A stretch of DNA of 63,993 nucleotides, counting the filler, from Vannella sp. (lineage: Eukaryota), in assembly GCA_023345925.1 (NCBI GenBank). It is 7 parts of 7 records of this genome, joined end to end, with 100 filler letters (N's around TTAATTAATTAA, not from the genome) between each part and the next. Parts side by side here need not be neighbours in the genome. Positions count along the whole stretch, not along the records: positions 31,950 to 41,750 come from JAJQQN010000012.1; positions 41,851 to 51,048 come from JAJQQN010000932.1; 5 more parts are not named here. One strand, given 5' to 3'. Under the pieces are notes generated by a model. The model was not told the origin of the DNA. It did not search any database and worked only from the letters and a program-made list of their open reading frames with translations. The translations under genes were made by a program, and so were the position numbers. Shown piece after piece: positions 36,540-48,115 of the stretch (position 1 is its first letter; every line of letters begins with the position of its first letter).

Positions 36540-37198
36540 GGAGATATTTGGGAAGGCTTTTCGAGGATGAAGATCCTGAGGGACTCAACAAGCTCAAGTA
36601 CGATTTTTTCAATATGCATTTATGTGTTGCAGTTCTGCCATCTGGATGTGCCTTGCCTTGATGGCAGCCATGCGAGGTATCTCCTCCGGGTCAGTCTCCT
36701 CATCACAGTGTTGCCCCCGCTATTTCTGGTGCAGTTCGTGATCTGGTGCTTGCTGTTTGTCCAGGCGTACTGCCACGAGAAGAAGAAGAGTTTTTACTCC
36801 AAACTTACGAGCGCAGAGGTAAGAGCCTGCCTGCTTTAGAGGAGGAAGCTGCCAAGAATCAAGATGAGCAGCGCCTCAAGCTCAAGATGGAGAGGATTTG
36901 CCAGGAGCTATGCCAGCTGCATTTCAAGAACAAGGTACTTCAAGAGACGATTATCCCCGACAAGAGGCACAAGGTGCACATCAATAAGGCCATCTGCGGG
37001 AAGAGGAACTCTTTCCACAGAGAGGATCAAGCGCAGAAGAAGAAGAGGCGCGAGGAGCTTCTCGCTGTCGACTCTTCTCCTCGCGGAGCATCACCACCAC
37101 TTCCTCGTGCTCCTCCTGTTCCTCCTACTGTATCAACTTATACAGAGAGAGTGAGAGCGAGCAGGTCGACTGCAGCCAACCAGGCCAGTCTTGGCTAG
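36540..37198 (+). pseudogene. 3' fragment of an unidentified gene next to the copia LTR
   Basis: Open frame 36746-37198 and plausible splice sites (gtacga ~36598), but no recognisable motif and no start. Confidence 0.3.
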
Positions 37199-37359
37199 GC
37201 CTTCTCCGTTTGCTTCTGTTTTTGCCCTCTAAGTTCTTGAGGTTTGTTTTAAGCAGAAAACACATCTTTCCTTTATTTTCCTCCTTTAACAAGCAGAAGG
37301 AGTAATTCAGAGACCAAAATGACCAAAAATAAAAAACTAATCATGATAAAAATAGGGAA

Positions 37360-37402
37360 TGGCTATGTGCACTCCCCGGATTTGGGCTATGCGCACTCCC
37401 GG
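37360..37402. repeat. Tandem ~19-bp repeat GGCTATG(T/C)GCACTCCC(C)GG, a possible element terminus
   Basis: Two copies about 25 bp apart, preceded by GACCAAAAT x2. Confidence 0.6.
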
Positions 37403-37436
37403 TCTCGTTTCCTCGAAGCCAAAAAATTGATACGTA

Positions 37437-37760
37437 TCATACAAATAGCTGACTCATGGTCATTGCGACTAATGGAATGAGGGTAGATCCCCGGTCAGAA
37501 TCACCAAATTTGACCCGAGTCATTTCCTGATTTCTTTTATGGATCACTGGCCGCATAATTTCATACTCATTTGTCTGGACAAGTCTGGCGATTGTGTCCA
37601 GTCTTTTTGCAAATTCTGCACCTTCTGCCTGAATCTCCAGAGATTTCAAAGGCGGAGGGGTCTCTCCTTGTCGAATTTGTAGCTCCCCGAGGTCTGCCTC
37701 TTGTTCGGGCAACAAGCGGACTGGTGGTGGACTGTTCCTTGCCAGGGCATCCAAAATCAT
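37437..37760 (-). CDS. Orphan ORF (~107 aa) in the virus-like region
   Basis: ATG at 37760 (MILDALARNSPP...), intronless, head-to-head with the + strand ORF at 37769. Confidence 0.4.
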   Translation of the reverse strand: MILDALARNSPPPVRLLPEQEADLGELQIRQGETPPPLKSLEIQAEGAEFAKRLDTIARLVQTNEYEIMRPVIHKRNQEMTRVKFGDSDRGSTLIPLVAMTMSQLFV

Positions 37761-37768
37761 GAATAAAG

Positions 37769-38157
37769 ATGGCGAACTTACCTGCAATGACCCATTCAGC
37801 CCCAACAACTACTCGATACTTCTACTATGGTAATAATACTTTATTGTAACTGGATACTGCATCACCTTCCAAAACTGGGACGACTACGGCGATTTTCATT
37901 ATTACTACCGCGTCCATAACGACTACAAATCTTTCAAAGATGAGGATGACCTAATCGACAGCATCAGGCTATCTTTCCCCGAGTTCGAGATGTTTGAGGA
38001 AAAGGAGTATGAAATGGGCCTGATCTTCCACAAAACTCCAGAGGGTATGACAGCCCAAGAAAATCTTGATAGATTGGAATCCATAGTGCCAGACAGAAGA
38101 TCGACAGAGAATCCTATCATCCACTCTATGACAGACACTCGCCATGACTGGACGTAA
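37769..38157 (+). pseudogene. Frameshifted orphan ORF, absent from the ORF track
   Basis: MANLPAMTHSAPTTTRYFYYG then a frame change into YFIVTGYCITFQNWDDYGDFHYYYRVHNDYKSF...TRHDWT*. Confidence 0.45.
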
Positions 38158-38343
38158 TTTACTTTATAAATTTGATGCTTAGATATAAACCCATGTTATC
38201 GGCCTCGCGTAAGAATCGCCGGTGAGAATCCATTCGCCAGGGCAGCAAACTATTCCTTAGAAGATTTTTTTCACGAGTATTATCTCCAGTATGAGGATGA
38301 AGATTTGTATTATGCTGGAATAAAAAAGATTATCACTCCAGTA

Positions 38344-40333
38344 GGAACGAGTGTTGTGGGTCTGCGATTGCCCTGGGTCTGCTACGAATTTTCCGACTTC
38401 GTGGTTGTGTTTCAATTTTGCAATTATGTTGTGATAAACACTCTTTATGGCGGACTCGCGGCTGGCAAGACCTCTGCTACCGGCGGAAAAGCGCGTCCTG
38501 ATCTGCCAAGCGGCCGATGCGTGCGCTGCTTACCGTGCGGAGAACGAGAAGAGCACCAACGCTTATTGGTTCAAGAACGTGATGCCGATTGCGTTCCATG
38601 GCGCCTCTCTCTCCGCTTTACAGAAGGAGCTGGCAGCGCGCAACAAGGGCCGCCGTCTTGCCCACGAGGTGGAGTGCCTACACTTGCGCCGGAGGAGTAC
38701 GAGAAGCTCGACAAGCAACTGGATGACCATCTGCGACTGATGGGACGCTTTCCCGCAAGATCATCATCGCTGAAGTGCAGGCGGTGATCCTGTCTTCCAA
38801 TCGCACCGCTCAGCGGAAGGCGACCGCCTTTGACGCGTTGCAGGGATCAGGTGGGTCCGAGACTTCACTGCCACCCGCGAAGTGTTGCGGTGCCACCTCT
38901 CCCTTCCCCGGTGGCCTTGGGTAGAACCAGTAATTGGACTGTCACCCCGTTCATCAATGCAGCTGGGCAGCTGATCCTAACCACACTGATTGTCCGGGGC
39001 GACAGTGTTGCTAATGAGTCACTGGCAGACATGGTGGCCTTCAGCGCGCACCTGGACTCTGACATCGGCATCTCAGCCACCAAGAAGGGATCTACCGACG
39101 ACGAGGTGTTCTACAACACCATCGCTGGTCCGGGAGGGCTGGTGGAATGCCTTGAGCGCCGCATGCTTTCACTTAAGTGTCCGGAGATGTTAATATTGGA
39201 TGGTCATGCCTCCCGTTTGACAGACAAGCTGTCCAAGTACTTGGCGAAGCATTCGCTGTATACCATTATTATGCCATCCCACACCTCGATTGCCCACCAA
39301 GCCTGCGACAACGGAGCCATGAAACTACTGGAGGCCAGTTTCAGCCGGTTGTACTCATGGCACGCTCGACTGGAGGGAACAATTAATAACCGGGAACGTG
39401 TGAAATTTGTTTTTTAGCGGTGGCAGAATTGGCTAACAATACCGAAAACTTGGTCAGTTGTTGGAAGCGGGTTGGTTGGAGCAACGGCCGCATCAGCCCT
39501 GGATCGATCAGCTTGAATACTTACGCAGTTGGGACGCGCTACCGTGATGCCTCGTTGCCCGATGTGAATCAAGCGCTGTTGCAGGCCCTCTTCTCTCTGG
39601 AGAACCTCATTCGAGAGCCATCCGCACCAAATCCTGTCCCCGTGGTGAGGGGGGCGGATGGAAGAGCGCAAGCAGTTGCAGCCGCACAAGCGCTAGTATC
39701 GACACATGCCGCACTCGGCTCCCCCACGAGCGTCATCACTTTGTCCAAGACCCGGGATGCCGCAGCGACGATGAGCTCGTTTTGGCTGACCGCGAGGATG
39801 AACGGTGCCGGAAACATGACAGCAGTTACCCAGCTCCTGGCCAACACTGAACTGCAGGCAGATAATGTGTTCGGGGAGGCGGAGGAGGTGCTGCGTGGGG
39901 CAGCAGGACGAATTTCAACTGCAAACGGCTTTACGCTCTTTGTCAGTGCCTCTAGAGTGCTCTTGCAAGAGCGCCGTGCAGCCAATCCTCAACGACAACA
40001 GTTGGCAGTCCAAAACTGCTGTTAAGAGCGAGAAGGCGTTGTTAGAGTATCCGGTTCGGAAGGTTTTGACTGACCACGGCTACTGTACCCAAGAGAAGAT
40101 GACCAGCAAGCAAATGGACCACTTTGCGACTTGCAATGACTTGGAGTGGAAGACCACATGCGGATCCTTTTCAACGGGAACGATCCTGTCGAGCCCACCA
40201 TCTATCTGAGAAATCCACTATTAATAAATGTATGGTGCAATCCCTTCATTATGCTTCAAAAGTTGGAACACAAACACAGGTCGGAAAATTCGTAGCAGAC
40301 CCAGGGCAATCGCAGACCCAGGACAACCGACCC
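38344..40333 (+). mobile_element. Full-length pogo-type (Tc1/mariner superfamily, DDE_1) DNA transposon with 54-bp TIRs, TA target duplication and a disrupted transposase
   Basis: 38357-38397 is the exact reverse complement of 40280-40320; outer 13 bp imperfect; TA at 38342-43 and 40334-35; transposase motifs TVTPFINAAG, LILDGHASR, PSHTSIAHQACD; frameshifts present. Confidence 0.92.
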
Positions 40334-40465
40334 TAGGCTTCGACACACCAAAATTTGTCAGGAATCTGAATCTATGGAAGGACTCACCATCATTGACAAA
40401 TAGCCAGAAAACTTGGCTGCAAGAGGCCATCACAGGTTAAGGAGGAAAACTTATAACAGCCATTG

Positions 40466-41278
40466 TTAGTCTTGGTATCTTGCCGGTTTAACAATAATCC
40501 TTTTTTCTCCCACTGATTTAGAAGCCTTGGGAACTATAATCTCACCTGAGGAATCAACGTCCAGGATATCGCGCCCTATCGCGACTTAGGATCCTATAGA
40601 CTTGATCCGACCACTTCTGCTCACGGGCGCCTTTGGGAAACGGCCCTGGCATGTGCGGCTTCCGGACATAATCACCGATCGAGAATGGACCCACCAACAT
40701 TTGCGATGGAAAAGAGGAGTGGATTGGCTTATCTTCGTTTTTTCCCGCCACTACAGCGTCTATCACATCATGCCATACATGCATCCCGCGGTGTCTCATA
40801 ATTTTGAAAAAAGACCAAATTGGTGCGGCCTTTGATAGACGATAGCCATTGTTGAATATCTTTTTCTTCCAGCCATTTCTTCACCACACTTTTGAACTCG
40901 CCGTCGTCCGTTGTGAACGTCTTAAACTTATAAGTCTCATAAATTTTCTGCCCCACACTTTCTGGCTTTTTGTTCTTGATTCCAAACGCCCAGCCATGCC
41001 TAGAGCCAACGCCCACAACAGTGAGTATAAATAAATAGCTAAGATTTGCCTAGAGAACAAACTTATATCAACCAAGTCAGCCATCAGTCGATACTGCCCT
41101 CCAGAATATGGAGGTTAGAATATGCCGGCGCCGAATATAGCTGGCTAGTGGCCTGCCTAACAAAGTATTCCTTGGCAGATTTCCTACTATGGCCTGCGGA
41201 GACTGAAATCTTTTTGAAGTGCTCCCTGCCTCTGAAGCTGGTTTTAGGATCATAAAATAATTTTTCGAGAGAGGGCAT
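40466..41278 (-). pseudogene. Maverick/Polinton-type retroviral-like (rve) integrase, multiply frameshifted
   Basis: LEKLFYDPKTSFRG, ADLVD, SRHGWAFGIKNK, TDDGEF, FSIGDYVR...FPKG...KWSDQVYRI, C-terminal KPARYQD*. Confidence 0.85.
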
Positions 41279-41338
41279 TATATGATGTATAAAAAGATAA
41301 AATTTAGTATGGCCGCCTCTCGCCAGGAATAAGTTGCC

Positions 41339-41629
41339 TTACTCAAGATTATCTACGGCATTATTCTGACGATTGCCATCCTTGTGATAAACATAGAAAG
41401 ATAGATCGTATTTTCTGGTAAAAGGTATCAAATGGTTGGCAGTCAGGACATGGGGAAAATAATCAAGCATCCGCCAATGCCTCTTGAGCCTGACGATGAC
41501 AAATCCCTCAGAATTTATAACTTTTTTCGCCAGTCGATACCTTTTCTTATGAAAATAGCGGACTTGGCCATCAGCGTAGATAAAATATTTGTACCGGTAG
41601 CCGGTCAACGGTGCGCGGTGGAGAGACAT
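41339..41629 (-). CDS. Small HNH endonuclease (NUMOD4-like + HNH_3)
   Basis: YFIYADGQVR, GFVIVRL, VYHKDGNRQNNAVDNLE. Confidence 0.8.
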   Translation of the reverse strand: MSLHRAPLTGYRYKYFIYADGQVRYFHKKRYRLAKKVINSEGFVIVRLKRHWRMLDYFPHVLTANHLIPFTRKYDLSFYVYHKDGNRQNNAVDNLE

Positions 41630-41850
41630 GATATATTTTTAGCAAGAAAAAAGAAGCTTCAAATAAATAGAATATGATTAAACCAGATTTCTATTGTGGA
41701 ACCAGTGGAGCTGCCACAACTGATCCTCAGCATCAAATTGTCTGTTGGGTNNNNNNNNNNNNNNNNNNNNNNNNNNNNNNNNNNNNNNNNNNNNTTAATT
41801 AATTAANNNNNNNNNNNNNNNNNNNNNNNNNNNNNNNNNNNNNNNNNNNN

Positions 41851-42860
41851 GGTTTGGTAGTGATACCGGTTGGGTGGGGAGCGGGCCTTGGCTCCTTCGC
41901 CATCGGACAATTGATCGTAAAGGCTGTTTTGGAACTCGGCCACGCGAGTGGCTTTCCACAGCTCCCTCCAAATGAAACAGATCTCCACCACCACGGGGAC
42001 AGTGTCAGGCACCCAGTAGGCCAGTACCTCGAAGACTTGGTCACTAACAACATCACTAAAGATGAGAGATATCGAGAACATGATGGCTCTCAGAACGAAG
42101 CACAGAACGAGGATGGCTGTACGAAGAGCATTCTAAACAGCCCACACTAAGTAAGCCGCCATTCTGAACACCGGGCACACAAGACAAAGAGCTTACCAAG
42201 ACCATTTCCCTATGCCGGAGGAACTCAGAGGAAAGGCGAAGCTTTTGGAGGCGGAACAACCCCACGATGCTGAAAAAGATGGCCATTATCAGGTTGTAGG
42301 TGAGGAGGGTGCCCATGTCAAAGTGCTTAAGGAAGTAGTATCCGTCATCGTTATCTGCTAGGTATTGAAAGGACATCAAGGCGCATACAACCGCCTCGAA
42401 TCCCAACACGAGGAGGATGACCAGTCCTACACAGACCACATACTTCCTATTCGCTTTGCGTTTCTCTCCGAACGGACGTTCAAGATCCTCTAATCTAACG
42501 AGGAGTAAGTTGCCGCACAGGAAGAGGGAGGGGACGAACTGCATGAAGAGGATGACGAGGAAGGCGCTGAAGAAGACGGCAAGCGACACTCTGTTTGTAA
42601 TAGTCCGGGCGAGGCCAGCAGGCATAAAGTGTAGAAGGGACCAAATCACCCGCACTAGGTACCAATGAACACAGAGAGAAGAGAACGAGGCCTCCGATCT
42701 CACTTGCAAACATCACCAGCACCAACATATGAAAGAGCTGCGTCCACAGGAACCGCTGGTCCGCAAACCTGGGCCAAAAGTGCATCACCAACGACACCAA
42801 AGCAGCGACAAAGGCCGGCCCATACACACCGGTCTCCAGCAGCGCCCAAGCCACTCCCAT
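41851..42860 (-). CDS. Multi-pass membrane protein of TOM1/THH1/GPR137 type, 3'-truncated, with introns
   Basis: About seven hydrophobic segments; LFHMLV, VRVIW, NRVSLAVFFSAFLVILF, YWVPDTVP. Confidence 0.55.
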
Positions 42861-43014
42861 TAATGAATGACTTTTCTACAAATCCATTATTCAAACGATT
42901 CATGTGAAACCCATTTTTTCGACCCAGAAAGTACGAGACCTTCTCCACCAATGAGAAGGGCGGATTGGGCACCGGTCCCTGGCGAGGTCATTCTTGTTCT
43001 GTCGCCACCCCGCC

Positions 43015-44478
43015 ATGGCGGACCATAAAATGGACGTGGAGGAGGTGGAACGTAGTTATCCCTTCAAAACCGAGGAGGAAGAGGCGGCTGAGATCAAGTT
43101 CCGATGGATTGAAACGGTTCTGTTCTGCGCGCTTACCATGCTCATGGAGGTGTTCATTGTTGTCATCTTTGCGGTTTGGTTCGACTATCCCACTTTGGAA
43201 GATGCAGACTTTGAGTTTGATCACCTCTATTACCTGTACCGCGACGTGGCAATCATGATCTTCGTCGGTTTCGGTTATCTTATGGTAAGTACTTCTCCCC
43301 CTGGCCCCCATGTGCCTCCCAAAGAGGGACACTTCATTCTGTTGATGCAAAGACTCATTGAAAACTGGGTTTAGACCTTCCCTCGACGCTATGGCTACTC
43401 CGCTGTTGGTATGACCTTCGTCATCTCTGCCTTCGTCGTCCAGTGGTCCATTCTCTGCGAAGCACTATTTGAAGCTATCGACGAGCCACACTACTTTACT
43501 GAGCGCTACCCCGTGGGTATCCTCCAGATCCTCAATGGAATGTTCTGCGCTGGAGCGGTGATGATCAGCTTTGGGGCCATCCTCGGCAAGACACACCCCC
43601 TCCAACTCATGGTTATGGCTATCATCGAAACGTTCTTCTACTGGCTGAACTTCTTCGTCAGCGGACTGAAGCTCGAAGCTGTCGACATTGGCGGTGGCTA
43701 CTTCATCCACATCTTTGGCTGCTACTTTGGCTTGGCGGTTTGCTTCTTCGTAACCAATGCACATGCCAAACAGCATCCTGATAACATCTCGTGCTATACG
43801 AGCGATCTCTTCGCGTTTGTTGGGACGCTGTTCTTGTGGTTGCTGTGGCCTTCTTTCAACGCAGCTATCGCTCCTACAGGTATAGAGAGAGTACGGGCAT
43901 CCGTGAACACGTTACTATCGCTTACAGGCGCAACGGTGGTGACATTCGTCGCCTCCCGTCTTCTCTGCCACACTCGCTTTGACCCTGTCCACATCCAGAA
44001 CGCTACTTTGGCAGGGGGAGTGGCCATGGGCATTGCTGCTCACTTGAACATCTACCCCGCCACTGCCATCGCAGTGGGAATGATCGCCGGGCTTGTCTCC
44101 ACTTTAGGGTACGTCTTCCTGACCCCTATCATGGCTCGATTCCTCCACATGCACGATACCTGTGGTATCAACAACCTCCACGGCATGCCTGGCATCATGG
44201 GAGCGATCGTCTCCATCTTTGCCACCCTCGCTATCTCCCAGCGCGAGAAGGACTACGTTCCCGAGTACCCACACGGTGCCTATCAACCACTCTTCCAGCT
44301 CGCTGCTTTGGGAGTCACCCTGGGTATCGCTCTCCTGTCAGGGATTGCAACAGGCATCATCCTTCTCTCTCTCTCCTACACACGCCCCATCCACAAGCGC
44401 GATTACTTCAACGATCGAGAGTTCTGGGAGCTCCCCAGTGACTACGAGAAGTTTGCTGAGAGCAAAGACCACTTCTAA
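43015..44478 (+). CDS. Rh-family (Rh50) ammonium transporter; intron ~43285-43374
   Basis: YRDVAIMIFVGFGYLM/TFPRRYGYSAVG, DIGGGYFIHIFG, GTLFLWLLWPSFN, HIQNATLAGGVA, DTCGINNLHGMPG. Confidence 0.95.
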
Positions 44479-44550
44479 CTCTCTCTCCTTCCCCTTCCTG
44501 TGCTAAGGGCGCCTTCTCCTCTTCCTCCTGTATTCATAAACCGCTGAGTC

Positions 44551-46307
44551 TCAAAGACCCTTGTACAGGGACTGCTGCCAAGTGTGAACACGCTGGTACT
44601 TGTCAGCGCGGTCACACCACTCCTTCATGGCCTCCCGAGGAGGTCCTTCGAGGCGATCCAACGCTTTCAGGGCTTGGGACACTTGACCACGATCCAAGTA
44701 GAACTCAGCCCGGGCAATGAGGGCTTCTGTATCATCTCCTGAGACCTTGCCATGCAAAGGGACTGTGATCGCGCTGAAGAGGCTCGCCACCAACCGGTCT
44801 CGCCATTCTTCTCGCCCGTTTGCGGGTAAGAAGGAGCGACGGCGGGCTTCTGACTTGGCTCGTTCATAGTCAGACGTTAACTGTAAGAGGCTGTACTGCG
44901 TAGTACCCGAGGAGGGTAACTGGTCCAAGAGAAGGGCGAGGGGCGAGCCCGGCTCTGTTCTTTGTCGCAGGGCGGCAAGAGGAGCCGTCAGATCCTCCTG
45001 CATTCGAATACGATCACTCAGGCGCAACAAGTAGAGGTTATGCAGTTGCTGCTTGCTAGCGCGCGTGTGAGTGGCGCCCGTAGCTTCGACAAGTTTGCTC
45101 ATTTGAGTGAGTCGAGCCGCCATCTGCTCGCGGAAGTGCGTTAGGTGGTCTAAACGTTCAACCTGATCTTTGAGAAGGGCCTCAGAGACTTGGTTGAGAC
45201 TGTCACGAGCTTGTAGTGTCAGAAGAACCTCTGCATCCTTCAGTCGGAGGCCGAGTTGGCGATCAAGCTCTTCCTGGTGAGCCTCGATGATCTCCTCCGC
45301 TTCTTTCTCGAGTGCATCGATCAGATAGACAGTGGTTTCCACCATCACAGCCTCAAGCTCGGGGAGAGAAGGAAGGGAAGCCACAATGGCCGCTTCTTCC
45401 TTCTCCAAAGAGACGAGCGCTTCGTCAAGCTGGAGCTTTAGCAGCCCGCTGGCTTTGTCAAGCTTCTTTCGGTACTTGGTATCAATCTTCTCCTCTAGCT
45501 TCATGAGCTGGTCTGCAGAGAGAAGCTCTTTCTCTTGAAGCAAGGTCTCCTGGAGGAGTTGAAGGATCTTCGCCTTCTCCTCTGCGTTGGTGGCCGTAGA
45601 GGGAGGCTCAGTGGTTCCTTTTTCTGTCTCTGAGGAGAAGATCGTTTCTTCAGCTTCTTGTTCAGCAGCTGGAAGAGCATCAGCTTGAAGAGGATCCTCT
45701 TGCGGTTCTCCTCCAGCCTCCTGCTGCTCCAAGGAGCCACTAACATTATCAGCTTCAAGTTCTACAGCTGGAAGAGCATCAGCTTGGGCAAGATCCTCTT
45801 GGCCTCCTGCTTCCTTCTCAAAGGCGCCAGTCTCATCCTCGGCTTCCACTGCCCAAGATCCTGCTTGGGCAAGATCCTCTTGTGTATCTTCAGCTGCCTG
45901 CTTCTCTTGAGTGTTGGTCACATCCTCAGCGCCTGCAGCCGCTGAAGGAGCATCAGTTGGGAGCTTGCTGTCTTCAATGGACTGGGGAGAGGGAAAGGTG
46001 GCGCCGTTGTCTTCCACAGACTCCTCCGGAGGGACAGAGGGCGTGGTCGCATCGAGAATACCCTCTACCACTCCTGAATCTGACGGAGGAAGGAGGAGGT
46101 AAGGACTATGGGAGATGACGTCCTCATAAATCTCCTCGAAAGTCTCCTCACGCGCATGGAACCGCTCCGCACGGTAGCAGACCGCCCCTACACTCACTAC
46201 ACCACCCACCATCATACCCTACACCCTCATTAGCCCCCACCACACCCCAGCCCCCAACAACCCACCTTCCGACCCAAAGTCAAAGCCGCCCTCCGGCACG
46301 CCATCAT
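44551..46307 (-). CDS. MIC60: MICOS subunit Mic60 (mitofilin)
   Basis: Presequence-like exon 1 (MMACRRAALTLGRK), TM GGVVSVGAVCY, acidic linker, coiled coil, mitofilin domain DTEALIARAEFYLDRG...LEGPPREAMKEW. Confidence 0.85.
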
Positions 46308-46419
46308 CACACAGCACCTCCAAAATGATATCTAAAGGCCAGCCACACACGTCATTTGGCCTTGGAAGGTAAGAGGAGGAGTCGAGGGACCGACCGGGCG
46401 GCCTAACGATGGAACAGGG

Positions 46420-48028
46420 ATGGCAGCGTTGGATAAGAAGGTGCTGAAGGCCTTAGAGAAGGGGGATGCGCTGTCGCTTAGCAAGTTGGTCTCGTCTGGG
46501 CTGTCTGTGCAGGGCGTGGACAAGAAGGGCAACAACGCCTTGCACTTAGCGGCGGCGACCAACTCGATTGAGATCTGTGTGCTATTAGTAGCTCAAGGCA
46601 TTGATGTGCGTCAAAGAAACAAGAAGGGAGAGACTGCAGCGGCCATTGCGGACTCGAAGAAGAAGACGAAGATCTTTGCCTATCTGAAAGAAGAGGAGGT
46701 CAAGGCGGCCTCTGGTGGGGCATCAAGTAGCCCTTCCGCAGCTAAAGCTGCTGCTGTGGAAGAGCCCGTGGCGGTGGCGAGCTCTGCTCCAGATGATAAC
46801 TTTGGTCCTCCTCGAAGCGCGCAAGCTTTAGTCAATGTTCTCACGTACAACCTGGATGCGGGCGCTTGGGAAGCTATCGCAGAGGATGCTATCTTGTCGC
46901 TACACTTTACTGCAAGGCCCTACCAGTTTGCGCTCTCTGCTTCGGATGAGAACGGGAAAGTAGGTAAAGTCCTCCTGTTAGAAGCGAGGTTACTTATCTG
47001 GGGGCTACCTAGATGAGCTTGAATGATGTACTTGATGACACCTTTGTATTCAGCAAGTCAACAGACGAGTTCTACAACTACCGAGTGCGTGGACGTTCCT
47101 TTCGACCCGTTTGTGTCTCACTTTTGTTGTTTAGTTGGGAGATGGAGCTATCTACGGGTTCCAGTTCCTTTCCGATGATCTCTCTTCCTTCTGTGACGTG
47201 ATGGATCATGTTCTTGGCTGGATTCAACGTGAGTTGACCTCCGCTTCTCTGCGTCCGAACTCACACTCCGGCTGCGCCTCAGATCCTGTTGAAGTCGAAG
47301 TTGAAGAGGAAGTTACACCTCAGAGTGAAGACGTGAGCCGAGGCTCAATCCCTGAGCCCCCTGGCGCTCCTGGTGGACCTCCTCCACCTCCTGGTGGCGG
47401 CCCTCCTCCACCCCCTGGTGGCGGACCTCCTCCACCCCCTGGTGGCGGCCCTCCTCCACCTCCTGGAGGACCTGGTGGTCCACCACCGCCTCCACCACCT
47501 GTTGCTCCAGCAGCGAATCCATTTGGAGGACCAGGGGGACTGGCAGCAATGCTCAACTCCAAGAAGGCGAACTTGGCTGACTCCTCTGTTGAGAAGCCTC
47601 CTTCAGCTACTGCTGCTCCTGCAGAGGGAGGAAATATGATGTCTGAGCTTGCCAAGAGGCTTCAGCGCCGTGCAGCCGCCGCTGAGGAAGCGCCAGCCAA
47701 GCCAGCGGAAGAATCAGCCCAAGACGGGGAGGAAAGCGGCTCATCTAGTCGAGCAGTGGCTTCTCCTACCAGCCCTGCCATTGAACAAGCTAAGACCCTT
47801 ACACCTTCCTCATGGGTTCCCAAGAGTCAACGAGCTCCAGCTGCAGAACCGGTTGCCGAAGCGGCACCCGCTCGCAAATGGGGCGCTAAAGGCGCTGCCC
47901 CTGGCTTCAGCGAAGCCGAACTGGGTCTGTTCAAGAGTGCTTTGCTCACTGACTTCCGCGCAGAGCTGGGAGCAGTCAAGCAGGACATTATCGCGTCCCT
48001 TCGCCAAGAGATTGCCAATCTGCCTTGA
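46420..48028 (+). CDS. Ankyrin-repeat + EVH1 + poly-Pro + EVH2 protein (Ena/VASP-like); 2 introns
   Basis: ANK GNNALHLAA, GETAAAIA; EVH1 VLTYN...AWE...EFYNYR...IYGFQF; GPPPPP repeats; GAB-like GLAAMLNSKK; FAB-like GGNMMSELAKRLQRR; tetramerisation-like FKSALLTDFRAELGAVKQDII. Confidence 0.82.
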
Positions 48029-48115
48029 GCGTCCATTTCACTTCAAATAAGGTTATTTTAGAATCCCTGTACTCTCCAAACCTTCCTTTGGGAGATAGGG
48101 AATGAAAATAAGGTC

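Larger units (their letters stand above)
37437..41750. mobile_element. Decayed Polinton/Maverick- or PLV-like endogenous element (integrase, HNH, small intronless orphan ORFs), interrupted by a pogo-type transposon; runs off the contig end
   Basis: Maverick-type integrase and HNH in tandem; tightly packed intronless ORFs with AT-rich spacers; removing the transposon rejoins both flanks into one reading frame. Confidence 0.6.

Noticed and set aside
38305..38787. 160-aa ORF from the ORF track (also 40228-40440)
   Set aside because: Chimeric frames running across the transposon TIR junctions, not real genes
47371..47500. GGPPPPPG repeat as a formin FH1 or collagen-like gene
   Set aside because: No FH2 domain; flanked by EVH1 and EVH2 motifs, so it is the VASP Pro-rich region
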